A stretch of 64,000 bases of DNA from an uncultured Anaerolineaceae bacterium (lineage in GTDB: Bacteria > Chloroflexota > Anaerolineae > Anaerolineales > E44-bin32): positions 7,541 to 71,540 of the forward strand of contig CAYMCO010000027.1 of the NCBI GenBank assembly GCA_964388955.1, in the 5' to 3' direction. Every line of letters begins with the position of its first letter. The stretch's first letter is position 1. Shown here one piece after another: positions 47,258 through 58,930 of this stretch. A model generated the notes under the pieces. The model made no database searches, had not been told where the DNA came from, and saw only the letters and a program-made list of their open reading frames with translations. A program made the position numbers and the translations under genes.

Positions 47258-48982
47258 ATGCCGATCCGGATTCTGCCCGAAGCGGTCTCTTCCGCCATCG
47301 CGGCGGGGGAGGTCGTCGAGCGACCCTCCTCGGTCGTGAAGGAATTGATCGAGAACTCGCTGGACGCCGGTGCCACACATATCGAGATCACCGTGGAGGC
47401 CGGGGGGAAGCGGCTGATCGAGGTCCAGGATGACGGAGCGGGCATTCCCGCACGAGACGTCCCACTCGCCATCGCCCGTCATGCCACTTCGAAGTTGAAC
47501 TCTCTCGATGATCTGCAGGCCATCCAGACCTTGGGCTTCCGCGGAGAAGCGCTTTCTGCGATCTGTGCGGTTTCCCGATTGGAGTTGGTGACCCGACACC
47601 CAAGCGACGATGCGGGCACTCGGTTGCGGTCAGAGGGGGGTGGGGAGGCGCGTCGTGAGCCGATCGGCGCTCCCCGGGGCACGGTCGTTCGGGTGCGCGA
47701 TCTCTTCTACAATGTCCCCGCCCGCCGGGAATTCTTGAAGACTGACGCGACGGAGAGGCGGCGCATATCGGACCTGGTGTCCCGCTACGCGCTCGCCTAT
47801 CCCGGAGTGCGCTTCCGGTTGATCCAGGAAGGGCGGGAATCTCTGTATTCTAGCGGAAGCGGGGATCGCCGGGAGGCGCTGGCGGCCGCGTTGGGCGAAG
47901 AGATGGCCCGCTCCATGGTGGCGCTGCCGGAGCAGGGGGAATCCGCCGTCCGGGTGGAGGGCTTCGTAGGTCCGGCCACCGTCCATCGCTCCAGCCGCAA
48001 GCACCTGATATTCTTCGTCAACGGCCGCTGGGTGCAGGACAACAGCCTTTCAGCGGCTGTGTTGGGCGCCTATCATGGATTATTGATGGTCGGCCGCTAT
48101 CCCGTGGCCGCCCTTTTCATCGGCCTGCCCAGCCGTGAAGTGGATATCAATGTCCATCCCACAAAGTCTGAGATTCGTTTTCGGAACCAGAACCAGGTAT
48201 TCACCGTGGTGCAGCGCTCTGTGCGGGCCGTGTTGCTCGGCCAGGCGCCGCCGCCTGTGGAAATGGAGACTCAGTGGCGGGGGCGCACACCGGCGGCCGG
48301 CGCGCAGACCATCAGCCCCGATTGGCAGATCGCCCATGATCTCCTGGAAATCAATCGGACGGAGCGTGGATTCGAGCCTCAGCCTGCTCTGCCCCAAGCC
48401 GATGTGCCCCTGCTGCGGCCGGTCGGGCAGGTGGGCGCCGCGTATCTCGTCGCTGAGGGACCGGATGGAATCTATCTCATTGACCAGCACGCCGCCCACG
48501 AACGCATTCTCTTCGAGGGCTTGATGAGCGCCAGGGAAGAGAGCCGGCTCGAATCCCAGGCCCTGCTGGAACCGGAACTGATCGAATTCTCTCCCAGCGA
48601 GGCGGCGATCATCGACCAGCACCTGGAGGGAATGCGCGATCTGGGCTTTGATGTCGAACACTTCGGCGGCCACACCTACCGCCTGCGAACACTCCCCGCC
48701 ATGCTGTCCAACCTGAGCCCGCACGCCGCCATGAGGGTCTTGGTGGATGATTTCGAGGAGGATGAGGCGCCGCTCGAAGCGGAAGCGGAGCTCCGCATCG
48801 CAGCGCGCGTCTGCAAGCGGTCCGCAATCAAGGCAGGCCAGATCCTCTCGGCCTCCGAACAGCGCAAATTGCTGCGCGATCTGGAAGCGTGTGAGGCGCC
48901 ACGCACTTGTCCGCACGGCCGTCCGACGATGATTCATCTCTCCGTGCAGAGCTTGGAGCGCCAGTTCGGCCGCCGGGGATGA
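47258..48982 (+). CDS. mutL: DNA mismatch repair endonuclease MutL
   Basis: IAAGEVVERP, GFRGEAL, DQHAAHER and CPHGRP. Confidence 0.97.
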   Translation: MPIRILPEAVSSAIAAGEVVERPSSVVKELIENSLDAGATHIEITVEAGGKRLIEVQDDGAGIPARDVPLAIARHATSKLNSLDDLQAIQTLGFRGEALSAICAVSRLELVTRHPSDDAGTRLRSEGGGEARREPIGAPRGTVVRVRDLFYNVPARREFLKTDATERRRISDLVSRYALAYPGVRFRLIQEGRESLYSSGSGDRREALAAALGEEMARSMVALPEQGESAVRVEGFVGPATVHRSSRKHLIFFVNGRWVQDNSLSAAVLGAYHGLLMVGRYPVAALFIGLPSREVDINVHPTKSEIRFRNQNQVFTVVQRSVRAVLLGQAPPPVEMETQWRGRTPAAGAQTISPDWQIAHDLLEINRTERGFEPQPALPQADVPLLRPVGQVGAAYLVAEGPDGIYLIDQHAAHERILFEGLMSAREESRLESQALLEPELIEFSPSEAAIIDQHLEGMRDLGFDVEHFGGHTYRLRTLPAMLSNLSPHAAMRVLVDDFEEDEAPLEAEAELRIAARVCKRSAIKAGQILSASEQRKLLRDLEACEAPRTCPHGRPTMIHLSVQSLERQFGRRG

Positions 48983-48989
48983 AGCCCCT

Positions 48990-49787
48990 CTAGTCGTCGC
49001 CGCGGTCCGCTTCAGACATGGGAGCTACTGCACGCTCGGCGAGCGCCGGCAACACCGCGGCCACATCACCCCTGAACAGGACCGAGGCGCGCACGTCAAG
49101 ATAGGTTGGAGTCTGGTTGACGATGATCAGATCCGCCCCGGCATCCAAGGCGCGCAGGGGCAACAGCGCGACAGGCGTGACTTCGAGGGACGAACCCGCC
49201 ACCACGAGCAAATCCGCCTCCTCGACCCATCTCTCGGCCTGACGCACGACCTTGAAAGGCAGTTGCTCTCCGAAGAGCACGGCGTCCGGCTTGAGTACAC
49301 CGCCGCAGCTCGGGCAGCGAGGCGGGTCGCCAGTCTCAAGAAATTTCCGCAGGAAGCCCCCTGTCGGATGGCGTCGATAACAAGAAATGCATGTCGCGGT
49401 GCGCAAATTGCCGTGAACTTCGAGCACATTCTTCGAGCCCGCTCGCTGTTGAAGGCCGTCGATGTTCTGTGTGATCACCCCTTGCAGGAGCCCGCGAGCC
49501 TCCAGCGTGGCGAGGGCCCGATGCGCGGGGTTCGGCTCGGCCTCGACCATGAGCCGGGCCAAAGGATGGATCCATTCGAAGAACTTAAGAGGGTTGTAGC
49601 GGAAAGCGGTCAGGGAGGCCACTTCATAGGGGTCTGCGTGCCGCCAGAGGCCCGATCCTGGCGAGCGGAAATCAGGGATTCCGGAGGGGGTGGAGATCCC
49701 GGCTCCGGTGAGCGCGATCGCGCTGCGTGCGACGTTGAGGAGTCTGGCAGCCCGGTTCAACTCCGTCGATTCGGGTGCGCCCGGCAT
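48990..49787 (-). CDS. cobB: NAD-dependent protein deacylase (sirtuin)
   Basis: TGAGISTPSGIPDFR, TQNIDGL, HG and a CxxC..CxxC zinc site. Confidence 0.93.
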   Translation of the reverse strand: MPGAPESTELNRAARLLNVARSAIALTGAGISTPSGIPDFRSPGSGLWRHADPYEVASLTAFRYNPLKFFEWIHPLARLMVEAEPNPAHRALATLEARGLLQGVITQNIDGLQQRAGSKNVLEVHGNLRTATCISCYRRHPTGGFLRKFLETGDPPRCPSCGGVLKPDAVLFGEQLPFKVVRQAERWVEEADLLVVAGSSLEVTPVALLPLRALDAGADLIIVNQTPTYLDVRASVLFRGDVAAVLPALAERAVAPMSEADRGDD

Positions 49788-49797
49788 CGGCTGATGC

Positions 49798-50946
<1,149 letters not shown>

Positions 50947-51189
50947 GGGAATACTCCTCGGATGATCTTCTCCCCATCTCGGGCAGTCTAGCATAAAGCA
51001 AATCCACATACAACCGGGAAAAATGGGGGGCAACTGTGCCCCTGTGGCACCAATGGGTTGGCTCGAAAGGGTTCCGTTTGCACCTCGAGGCTGAATTGTG
51101 ATAGAAACTTGGGCCATGAGGGCCAATTGTGGGGCGCGAGACGCAAATGCTATAATCCGCAGGCGTTTCGCGAGCATCTTGGGACAGGC

Positions 51190-54100
51190 ATGAATATTGA
51201 CCTGTGGGCGCTGGCCGGTGGCTTCCAACTGGGCCTCCCGTTGAGGCCCTCCGGCTATGCATTGGCCGCATTCTCGCTTCTCGCCCTCATCTGGATTTTG
51301 AGGACCTCCTTCAAGCAAAGTAGTTTCCTAGTCCGCCGCCCCTCCGAGCGGCCCTGGTTCGTCTGGGGGGGGATCGCTATTCTGGTTCCCCTCGCGTCCG
51401 GGCTGCTTTGGGTGCGTTGGGATGTTTCGGGCGCGGCCGCACCAGGGATCCTCCCACAGCAAGGAATGCCCCTGCTCATCTTCTTCGGTGCGCTGCCGTG
51501 GATGTTGGCCGCCGGGATCCTGAGTGCTGGGGAAGCGGCCCTGGTCGGCTTAGCTGCGGGAGCGATCCGAGCGGGATGGGGCACACATAGCTTGCTCACC
51601 CCTCTCTTTGTGAGCTTCGAGGCCTATTTCGTGGCCTGGCTCCTGCGCCGAGATTATGACGACTGGTTTGGAACCGGTCTGCGCAACCCGATTCTCAGCG
51701 GCCTTGCGGGGGCGGCCATATTTGCTCTGCTGCGCAGCTTGGATCGTTTGGCCTACAGCAGCGGGATGCTCTATGATGGCCTGGACTATTCCCTGACGCT
51801 GCTGGGCCCCACGCTGCTGACGGCGGGCGTTGAGGCCCTGATCGCCGGCACCCTCGGGGAGGTGGTGCGAAGAGCGGTTCCCGGCCAGTGGTATGCACCG
51901 AAACGCTTGACCGCCCCGCCATATCGGCGATCGTTGGCCGCGCGGCTGATCACCGTCTACGTGGTGATGGGCGTCCTTGCCAGCGGTTTTCTGCTCTATG
52001 GGGACTGGCTCCTGGCCTATGCATCGGCGCGGGAATCGGTGGAGAGGGAGATGCGGCAGACGGCGGCTCAGGCCAGCGAGGATATTCCCTATTTCGTCCA
52101 GACCGGCCGATCGCTGGTCCGCCAGTTCGCCGACGACATCGCGCTCGACCAGCGCTCTCCAGCGGAGCTGAACGCCCGGCTCGAGTCGCAGATGCGATTC
52201 ACCCCATTCTTCATCGGCCTCTCTGTTTATGATCCGAAAGGGACAGCCCTAGCGCGCGCCCCTAAGGGCACGACGGAGGTGGACCAGGCGTCTGACCAGG
52301 TGAGGTACGCCATCGAGCTTGCCTTGAACGGCATTCCCCAGGAGATCGTTGTTTCAGGTGATGACCCGCAGGGTGAGTCGGCCAGATTGGTCTTTATCTC
52401 TCCCATCCGGCCCCCAGGTTCTCCTGCACCCACGGGAGCGCTCGCCGGGACGGCTGACCTGGGCACCAATCCCGTCCTGTTTCCGGCGGTGAGACGTTTG
52501 AGCAGCATCTCTCCCGGGCAGGCCTTCATTGTTGACGGCAGCGGGGAGATCATTCTTTCCCCGGGGGACCGTGCGGCAAGCTGGTTCCCGGGCTTGGAGC
52601 GAGCCCAAGATGGCCGCGTAACCACGGAAACTGGCCCGGACGGCACCCGATGGTTGGTTTATTTCTATCCTGTCCCCAGTTTTCCTTGGGGGATCGTGCT
52701 GGCCCTTCCGTTGCGTGTAGTCAACAGCCTGGCCGTACCCATCGCGGTGCGCTTGTTCGTGGTAATCGTGCTTGTGGGCGCGGCGCTCCTGGTTGCAGTG
52801 TACTTGATCAGCCGACGGCTAACCCGACCGCTGCGCCAGATGGCGGGAGTGGCCGAGTCCATCGCGCGGGGAGACCTGGCGCGCCCGGTGCGGGGGTCGG
52901 GTGAGGATGAAATCGGCCGGCTGTCCAGTTCCTTTGAACGGATGCGCCACAGCCTGCGCGATCGCCTCGACGAGATGGCGCTGGTGCTGCAGGTCAGTCA
53001 GTCGCTGGCATCGAGCTTCAAGCTGCACGAGGCGTTGCCACCGCTGTTGGCGGGCGTTCGGGATATCACCAAAGCCGACCTGGTGCGCTTGGTCTTGCGC
53101 CCGGCAGGCCCGGCAGGCGTGGTCGAACTCGAGACCTATTCGGATGGCGAAGATCCCGGTGACTGGTCGCACTTGGATGCGGGGATCCTCGCGCTGTGCG
53201 GCGACAAAGGTCAGTTTGTTCTTGAGAACCCCCGCCGGGCTCGCGCCGTCCTGGATGTAGAGTCACTGAAACAACCCATCGAGGCGCTCATGGGGATGCC
53301 GATTTCCACAGAGGGCGAGTACGTCGGGGCCTTGTGGATTGGACACCGGGATCCGCATAGCTATGACTCGGATGAGCTCAACCTGCTGTCCATCGTCTCC
53401 AGCCAGCTTGGGGTATCCCTGGCCAATGCTCGCTTGTTCCAGATGGCCGAACAGGAACGGACACTGCTCTCCGCCATCCAGGAGGCCACTCCGGAGGCCG
53501 TTATCGTGACCGACCAGCGCGGCATCGTCGTGCTGGCCAATCCGGCCGCCGAAACGGTGCTCGGGGTGGAACCACGCCAGGCTTGGGGCAAGCCCGTCGA
53601 AGATGTGGTTGAGCACCCCGCACTGCTGGACCTCTTGCACGGCAGCGGGACGGGTGTGCACGCCGCCGAGGTGCGGCTTGAGGAAGGCAGGGTGCTGTTC
53701 GGCACGGCGCAAGACATAGAAGCCGGTCGCGGGGGACAGGCGCGCCGCGTGTGCGTATTGTGGGACATCACGCATTTCAAGATGCTTGACGCGTTGAAGT
53801 CAGAGTTTGTAGCCACCGTGAGCCATGACTTGAAGACGCCGCTCACTTTGATGCGGGGTTATGGGGCCATGTTGCCCATGGTCGGCTCGATGAGCAGCCA
53901 GCAGAAGGAGCTGGTCGGCAAGATCCTCTCCAGTGTTGACCGCATGGCCCGGCTCGTCGACGATTTGCTCGATCTCGGCCGCATTGAGGCCGGCATCGCT
54001 CTGGAGGTGGACCGTGTCGAGCTTCGGGACTTGCTGTCCCAGGTGATCGAAGATTACCGGCCGCAGGCGAACAACAAGGGGATCCAGCTGCAGTTGGATC

Positions 54101-54513
54101 TGGCCGACGACCATCAAGCCCTGGAGGCTGACGAGGCGCTTCTGCGGCAGGCGATCTCGAATCTGGTGGACAATGCCATCAAGTTCCACCCGTCGAGCGG
54201 CTTCGTGATGCTACGAGCCTACCAGGAAGATGGCCGTCAGCTTATCCAGGTGCGAGACGACGGGCCGGGGATCGCAGCCGCCGATCAGGCACGCCTGTTT
54301 GAGAAATTCTACAAGGTGATGGAGGGCGAGGCGGCCGCTCGCGGCGGAACCGGGCTCGGTCTGGCCATCGTCAAATCCATTATCGAGCGCCATCACGGCA
54401 GCATTCATCTCGAAAGCCAGTTGGGCGTGGGGAGCACCTTCACTTTGGAGCTGCCGCGCCAGCAGCCCGAATCAAGTGAGTCCAACCTGGGAACAGAGGT
54501 TCAGGCGCGCTGA
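51190..54513 (+). CDS. large membrane histidine kinase (multi-TM, Cache-like, HAMP, GAF, PAS, HisKA, HATPase)
   Basis: DEIGRL, VSHDLKTPL, NLVDNAIKF, DDGPGI and GTGLGL; TATAAT at 51151. Confidence 0.9.
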   Translation: MNIDLWALAGGFQLGLPLRPSGYALAAFSLLALIWILRTSFKQSSFLVRRPSERPWFVWGGIAILVPLASGLLWVRWDVSGAAAPGILPQQGMPLLIFFGALPWMLAAGILSAGEAALVGLAAGAIRAGWGTHSLLTPLFVSFEAYFVAWLLRRDYDDWFGTGLRNPILSGLAGAAIFALLRSLDRLAYSSGMLYDGLDYSLTLLGPTLLTAGVEALIAGTLGEVVRRAVPGQWYAPKRLTAPPYRRSLAARLITVYVVMGVLASGFLLYGDWLLAYASARESVEREMRQTAAQASEDIPYFVQTGRSLVRQFADDIALDQRSPAELNARLESQMRFTPFFIGLSVYDPKGTALARAPKGTTEVDQASDQVRYAIELALNGIPQEIVVSGDDPQGESARLVFISPIRPPGSPAPTGALAGTADLGTNPVLFPAVRRLSSISPGQAFIVDGSGEIILSPGDRAASWFPGLERAQDGRVTTETGPDGTRWLVYFYPVPSFPWGIVLALPLRVVNSLAVPIAVRLFVVIVLVGAALLVAVYLISRRLTRPLRQMAGVAESIARGDLARPVRGSGEDEIGRLSSSFERMRHSLRDRLDEMALVLQVSQSLASSFKLHEALPPLLAGVRDITKADLVRLVLRPAGPAGVVELETYSDGEDPGDWSHLDAGILALCGDKGQFVLENPRRARAVLDVESLKQPIEALMGMPISTEGEYVGALWIGHRDPHSYDSDELNLLSIVSSQLGVSLANARLFQMAEQERTLLSAIQEATPEAVIVTDQRGIVVLANPAAETVLGVEPRQAWGKPVEDVVEHPALLDLLHGSGTGVHAAEVRLEEGRVLFGTAQDIEAGRGGQARRVCVLWDITHFKMLDALKSEFVATVSHDLKTPLTLMRGYGAMLPMVGSMSSQQKELVGKILSSVDRMARLVDDLLDLGRIEAGIALEVDRVELRDLLSQVIEDYRPQANNKGIQLQLDLADDHQALEADEALLRQAISNLVDNAIKFHPSSGFVMLRAYQEDGRQLIQVRDDGPGIAAADQARLFEKFYKVMEGEAAARGGTGLGLAIVKSIIERHHGSIHLESQLGVGSTFTLELPRQQPESSESNLGTEVQAR

Positions 54514-54765
54514 GATATCCCCCTTGAACATGCTCCTCCCCCCAATGTCCTCTGGGCGGCGGTGAAGGAAATGGACCTGGAGCGTGGGGGCACCGAGGTG
54601 GGGGGAATCCCTCCCGGAGGGTGCGGGCGGCGCAAGATCCCCCCCGAGACCCGACCGCCAAAACCGGGCGGCCGGTCCATGCGGGTCGCCCTCCATCGCC
54701 GCTGAAACCAAGGTGTGACGATGATGAGGCTGCTTGCACGGAACAAACTAACCGGATCGACGGAG

Positions 54766-56175
54766 CTAAAGGGAGGCTTCCGGTTGCCCATCTGGCAGGG
54801 TCAGCTCGGCGGTGGTTCCTTCGCCTCGCGCACTGGTCAGGGTAAGCGCACCGCCCATCGCAGAAACCAGTGATTTGGCGATGGAGAGGCCCAGCCCGCT
54901 TCCTGATTGGCCGCTTGGATCCACCTGATAGAAGCGCTCGAAAACATGGGCCAAGTCATCCGGGCTGATTCCGACCCCCGTATCACTGATCCGGATGCGT
55001 ACCTTGCCCACCTGAACCGTGCACGAAAGGCGAATCTCTCCTCCCGCAGGCGTATGGGCAAGCGCGTTGTCGATCAGAATCAGCAGCACCTGCCTCAGCC
55101 GGACGGCATCCGCTCTCAGGTTCAGGTGAGGACAACTATCGAGTGTCAGCGAAACGGCGTGCTTCGCAGCCAAGGCGTCCGTTTGCCGTCGCAGGTCCTC
55201 CAGCATCTCTCGTGCATCAACCTCCGAGATTTCGAAAGCCACGGCGCTGCTGTCCAGGCGCGAAAGCAGGAGAAGGTCATCTACGAGTTTGGCCATATGG
55301 TCGGATTCGGCCAAGACATCTTCCAACTTGGTCTGACGGGGATCCCCCTGCGGCGTTTGGCGCAAAGCCACTTCCGCGTTCGCGCGCAGCAAGGTGAGGG
55401 GGGTGCGCAGTTCGTGCCCGGCGTTGGCGATGAAGGTCTGCTGTCTAGCCCAAGCCTGCTCGGCCGGAGCAATCGACCGGCCGGCGAGCCACCACCCTCC
55501 GCCACTCATCACGAGCAGGATCCCCCCACCCAGGATTCCCATTGCCAGTTTGAGCTGATTGAGCACCCGCTGCTGATCGCTCAGTGGACGACCCAACTGC
55601 AGCAGAGCAGGTCGGTTCGCTCCATCATCGACAGAGTAGGTGAGCAATCTCACCTGCGTTCCGCCCTCCGACTCAATGGTGCGCAGATCGTGCCCATTGA
55701 CGAGCGCGCTGGAAACGGCCGAAGTGTCCGGCGCCAGGTTGGAAGCACCGGCCGGTGAAATGGCTTGTTGGTTGCCGGCCCGATCCAGAGAAAGGGTGTA
55801 TATGGCGGCCAGATCTCCATCATAAGCCTCTTCGCCCGATTCGTGCCCGGCAAGGGGCGTGGTCACGCCGCCCTCGTCCGCCTCCTCTTCCCGGTCGCGC
55901 TCGCCGCGGCCAGAGAGGAGGGGTGGGATGGGGGTCGGTTGGGCGGCTGATCCGCGTTGTTCGCTCCAGCTCTCGGCTGCTGCGTCCAGCTCCGGCGGAA
56001 GGGGCAGGCCGAGTTGTCGGAACTCCTGTGCCATACGATATCGCAGCGCCAGGTCGGTCGTCTCCTGAAAATAGCTCGCAACCATCCGCTGGGTGCCAGC
56101 GATCATCAGGCCGATGAAGCTGGCGGCGACCAGCAGGTATAGGAAGGTCATCCGCAGACGCAGGCCTCTAAACAC
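54766..56175 (-). CDS. sensor histidine kinase, OmpR/PhoB class
   Basis: Two TM helices, GHELRTPL, LIDNAL, DTGVGI and GSGLGL; GTG start overlaps the regulator stop. Confidence 0.9.
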   Translation of the reverse strand: MFRGLRLRMTFLYLLVAASFIGLMIAGTQRMVASYFQETTDLALRYRMAQEFRQLGLPLPPELDAAAESWSEQRGSAAQPTPIPPLLSGRGERDREEEADEGGVTTPLAGHESGEEAYDGDLAAIYTLSLDRAGNQQAISPAGASNLAPDTSAVSSALVNGHDLRTIESEGGTQVRLLTYSVDDGANRPALLQLGRPLSDQQRVLNQLKLAMGILGGGILLVMSGGGWWLAGRSIAPAEQAWARQQTFIANAGHELRTPLTLLRANAEVALRQTPQGDPRQTKLEDVLAESDHMAKLVDDLLLLSRLDSSAVAFEISEVDAREMLEDLRRQTDALAAKHAVSLTLDSCPHLNLRADAVRLRQVLLILIDNALAHTPAGGEIRLSCTVQVGKVRIRISDTGVGISPDDLAHVFERFYQVDPSGQSGSGLGLSIAKSLVSAMGGALTLTSARGEGTTAELTLPDGQPEASL

Positions 56176-56854
56176 GGCTGGTCTCCAGACGGTACCCGAC
56201 GCCGCGCACGGTCTCAATCGGATCTGGGCGGCCGGGATGGTTCAGTTTCCTGCGCAGATAGGAGATGTACACGTCCACCGAGGTGGGTAGTACATCTGAC
56301 TGGTACGACCACACATAGTCGAGGATTTGCGTGCGCGTCAGAGTCTGATCAGCATGCCGGAGAAGGTACTCCAGCAGCTTCCATTCGGTGCTGGTCAAGT
56401 CGAGCGCCACCTCACCGCGCCGGGCGACGTGCGCCCGCATATCCATCACCAGGTCGCCCCGGCGGAGTTCCCAGGGATCCCCACCATCCATGATCGTGAA
56501 GCGCCGCCCCAGCGCGCGGACCCGCGCCAGGAGTTCATCGAAGGCGAACGGTTTGGCGAGATAGTCGTCTGCACCGCTGTCCAGCCCAGCGACTCGATCT
56601 TCGATTTGGGTCCGCGCTGTCAGAAGCAAGCAGGCCGTCGGCAGGCGCGCGGCGCGAATTCGTCGAATGATGGACGGTCCATCCCGCTCGGGCAGCATCC
56701 AATCGATGATCGCCACCTCATAGGTCCCTCTCAGGGCGAGCTCCAGGCCGGTGGCGCCGTCATAAGCCAAGTCGACACTGTATCCCTCGTCCGTGAGCAC
56801 TTCTCGGATCAATCCCGCCAGGCGATGGTCATCCTCGATGATTAGGATTCGCAT
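56168..56854 (-). CDS. OmpR/PhoB-family response regulator
   Basis: IEDD, IDWMLP, GADDYLAKPF and winged helix VDVYISYLRRKL..TVRGVGY. Confidence 0.95.
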   Translation of the reverse strand: MRILIIEDDHRLAGLIREVLTDEGYSVDLAYDGATGLELALRGTYEVAIIDWMLPERDGPSIIRRIRAARLPTACLLLTARTQIEDRVAGLDSGADDYLAKPFAFDELLARVRALGRRFTIMDGGDPWELRRGDLVMDMRAHVARRGEVALDLTSTEWKLLEYLLRHADQTLTRTQILDYVWSYQSDVLPTSVDVYISYLRRKLNHPGRPDPIETVRGVGYRLETSRV

Positions 56855-56881
56855 TTTTCCGTGCCCCTATGCTAGCCTCGA

Positions 56882-56903
56882 AAGATTGGAAAATGATTGG
56901 AAA
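56882..56903. promoter_or_regulatory. tandem direct repeat with 11-bp period, probable OmpR-family binding site
   Basis: aaGATTGGAAA atGATTGGAAA in the divergent intergenic region. Confidence 0.55.
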
Positions 56904-57087
56904 GCCAGCATCCTATTCTAATCCCGCTGCAAGGAGCAGCGGCTAACCTTTCCTTGGTTGAGCGGAACCCGGTGTGGCCCCTGGCCCAAGGTATGGGCAG
57001 GGGGCCCTCAGTGTGGGATGGCCCTTGACAACACCCAGTACTCGGGGCCGGATCGGGGCGAACATCCCTGATAGGAGAGAGGTCGAG

Positions 57088-57600
57088 ATGTTAAACCGGC
57101 GGGCGCTAATGCTGAGCGTCGCAATCACAGTGTTTGTCGTTGTCTTCGCCGGGGGCGTCGCGAAGGCTTATGCGCAGTTGCGTTCAGGGGCCTCAGCCCG
57201 TCCTGCGGCGAGCGCGCTGGAGGATCCGGCGGTTCAGGCCGCGCTGCGTGAACGGGAAGACGCTTTCCAGCGATTGATCGAGGAAGCGAACCGACGCCTG
57301 GCCGAGGCGGAGGCTGGATCATCGCAGCCGCAGACACAAGGATATCCAGTGTCGAGCGAGTTGGCGATGAACTTGGGCCGGGCTGCACTTGGAGGGGGCA
57401 CCTTGCTCCGCGATCCCGAACTGGTCAATTTCGGCGGGCGCGTGGCATACGAAATGATTTTCGACCGTGGACAAGTGTATATCGACGCCAACTCCGGCCT
57501 GGTGCTGTACAGCAGCGCCGCGGGCTCGGTCCAGGCGAGCAATCCCGGCGGCTTCGGAGAACACGAGCGAGAGAACGATCACGAAGAGTTCGACGATTGA
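57088..57600 (+). CDS. exported or anchored protein with coiled coil and PepSY-like domain
   Basis: N-terminal NRRALM plus hydrophobic stretch, AYEM..VYIDANSGLVL PepSY pattern, His/acidic tail. Confidence 0.7.
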   Translation: MLNRRALMLSVAITVFVVVFAGGVAKAYAQLRSGASARPAASALEDPAVQAALREREDAFQRLIEEANRRLAEAEAGSSQPQTQGYPVSSELAMNLGRAALGGGTLLRDPELVNFGGRVAYEMIFDRGQVYIDANSGLVLYSSAAGSVQASNPGGFGEHERENDHEEFDD

Positions 57601-57649
57601 GGTAGCCGCACCAGGCGATCAGCCTTGACCTGGGAAGGAAGGTGACAAT

Positions 57650-57991
57650 ATGACCAATCGACAAAGAGGAAGACGAGGGCGGAGAGCGGGTGTGGGCGGC
57701 GTGAGGGCCTTCATTTCGATCGCTGCTCTGGCCGGAACATTGTTGGGCTGGGGACTGATCGGCGAAAGCCAGCTTCCATCATCGGCCGTGAGGCCATCGG
57801 AGGCCTCGCGATCGTTCACCTCGCAACCGCTCTTTGGCCCACTCCCCACCTTGATCCCCGGTGGCAGATCAACCCCCTCTCAGGGTGGAAGTGCCGGATC
57901 GGCTGGCAGCGCCAATCTGCGCACGGTGAACCCGCCGCCAGCGGGATCCTCCCGCCACGTCCCGATCACACGCACACAGTCGTCGCGCTAA
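57650..57991 (+). CDS. small membrane-anchored low-complexity protein ending PITRTQSSR
   Basis: GGAAGG SD, Arg-rich N-terminus, one TM helix, Ser/Pro/Gly linker; ends 9 bp before apbE. Confidence 0.65.
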   Translation: MTNRQRGRRGRRAGVGGVRAFISIAALAGTLLGWGLIGESQLPSSAVRPSEASRSFTSQPLFGPLPTLIPGGRSTPSQGGSAGSAGSANLRTVNPPPAGSSRHVPITRTQSSR

Positions 57992-58000
57992 GGGGGCCGC

Positions 58001-58927
58001 ATGCAGCGCATTGAGTTTCGAGCGATGGGATCGGGGATGCTGGCCGTGCTGGAGGCGGAAGGCGAACAACCGCGCCGCGTGCTGAACAAGGTGCCGGAAT
58101 GGTTCGAATCTTGGGAATTGCATCTGAGCCGCTTTCGGCCGGAAAGCGAGCTGAACCAACTCAATCAGGCATCCGGACAATGGTTTTCTGCCAGCCCTGT
58201 GCTCTGGGACGTCCTTTGCGCCGCACGCCGGCTCGAGCGGCTGAGTGATGGGTTGGTGACGCCTGCGCTGCAGGGCGCGCTTGCGGGTTACGGCTATGAC
58301 CGCAGCTTTGAACTGCTCAAGTCTCCGTCCCTCCGCCCCCGATCCGAGAGGAATCACGGCGCCAGGCTGGCTCGGCTGGATATGGAAGTCGATCCGACCC
58401 GCCGGCGCGTGCGGTTGGGCCCGGGCACGATCCTGGACCTGGGCGGGGTGGCGAAGGGCTGGGCGGCGGATCGTGCGCTGGCCCGGCTGGCCGATTACGG
58501 GCCGGGGCTCGTGGATGCGGCCGGCGATATCGCCGTGGCGCCTCCATCCGCTCCACGGGGAAGTTGGCCCGTAGGGGTGACGGATCCGGGCGACCCAGAA
58601 CAAACAATCGAACTGCTGATGCTACGGAGCGAGGCGGTGGCCACCTCCGGCCGAGATGTGCACCGGTGGCGGCAGGGTGGCGACTGGAGGCATCACATCA
58701 TCGACCCGCGCACCGGTGAGCCCGCGCGCAGTGAGGTTCTCGCGGCGACGGCCATCGCACCCACGGCCGTGGAGGCCGAGATGGCGGCAAAGTGCGCGCT
58801 GATCCTGGGGGCGCGACAGGGCTTGGCGTGGCTCGACGCGCGCCCCGGCTATTATGGCCTCCTGGCGCTCGAAGATGGCCGGGTGCTGTACAGCCAAGGC
58901 GTGGAATCATATTGTTGGAGAGGATAG
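58001..58927 (+). CDS. apbE: FAD:protein FMN transferase ApbE without a signal peptide
   Basis: FRAMG, SRFRPESEL, DLGGVAKG, ATSG and HHIIDPRTG. Confidence 0.93.
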   Translation: MQRIEFRAMGSGMLAVLEAEGEQPRRVLNKVPEWFESWELHLSRFRPESELNQLNQASGQWFSASPVLWDVLCAARRLERLSDGLVTPALQGALAGYGYDRSFELLKSPSLRPRSERNHGARLARLDMEVDPTRRRVRLGPGTILDLGGVAKGWAADRALARLADYGPGLVDAAGDIAVAPPSAPRGSWPVGVTDPGDPEQTIELLMLRSEAVATSGRDVHRWRQGGDWRHHIIDPRTGEPARSEVLAATAIAPTAVEAEMAAKCALILGARQGLAWLDARPGYYGLLALEDGRVLYSQGVESYCWRG

Positions 58928-58930
58928 CGA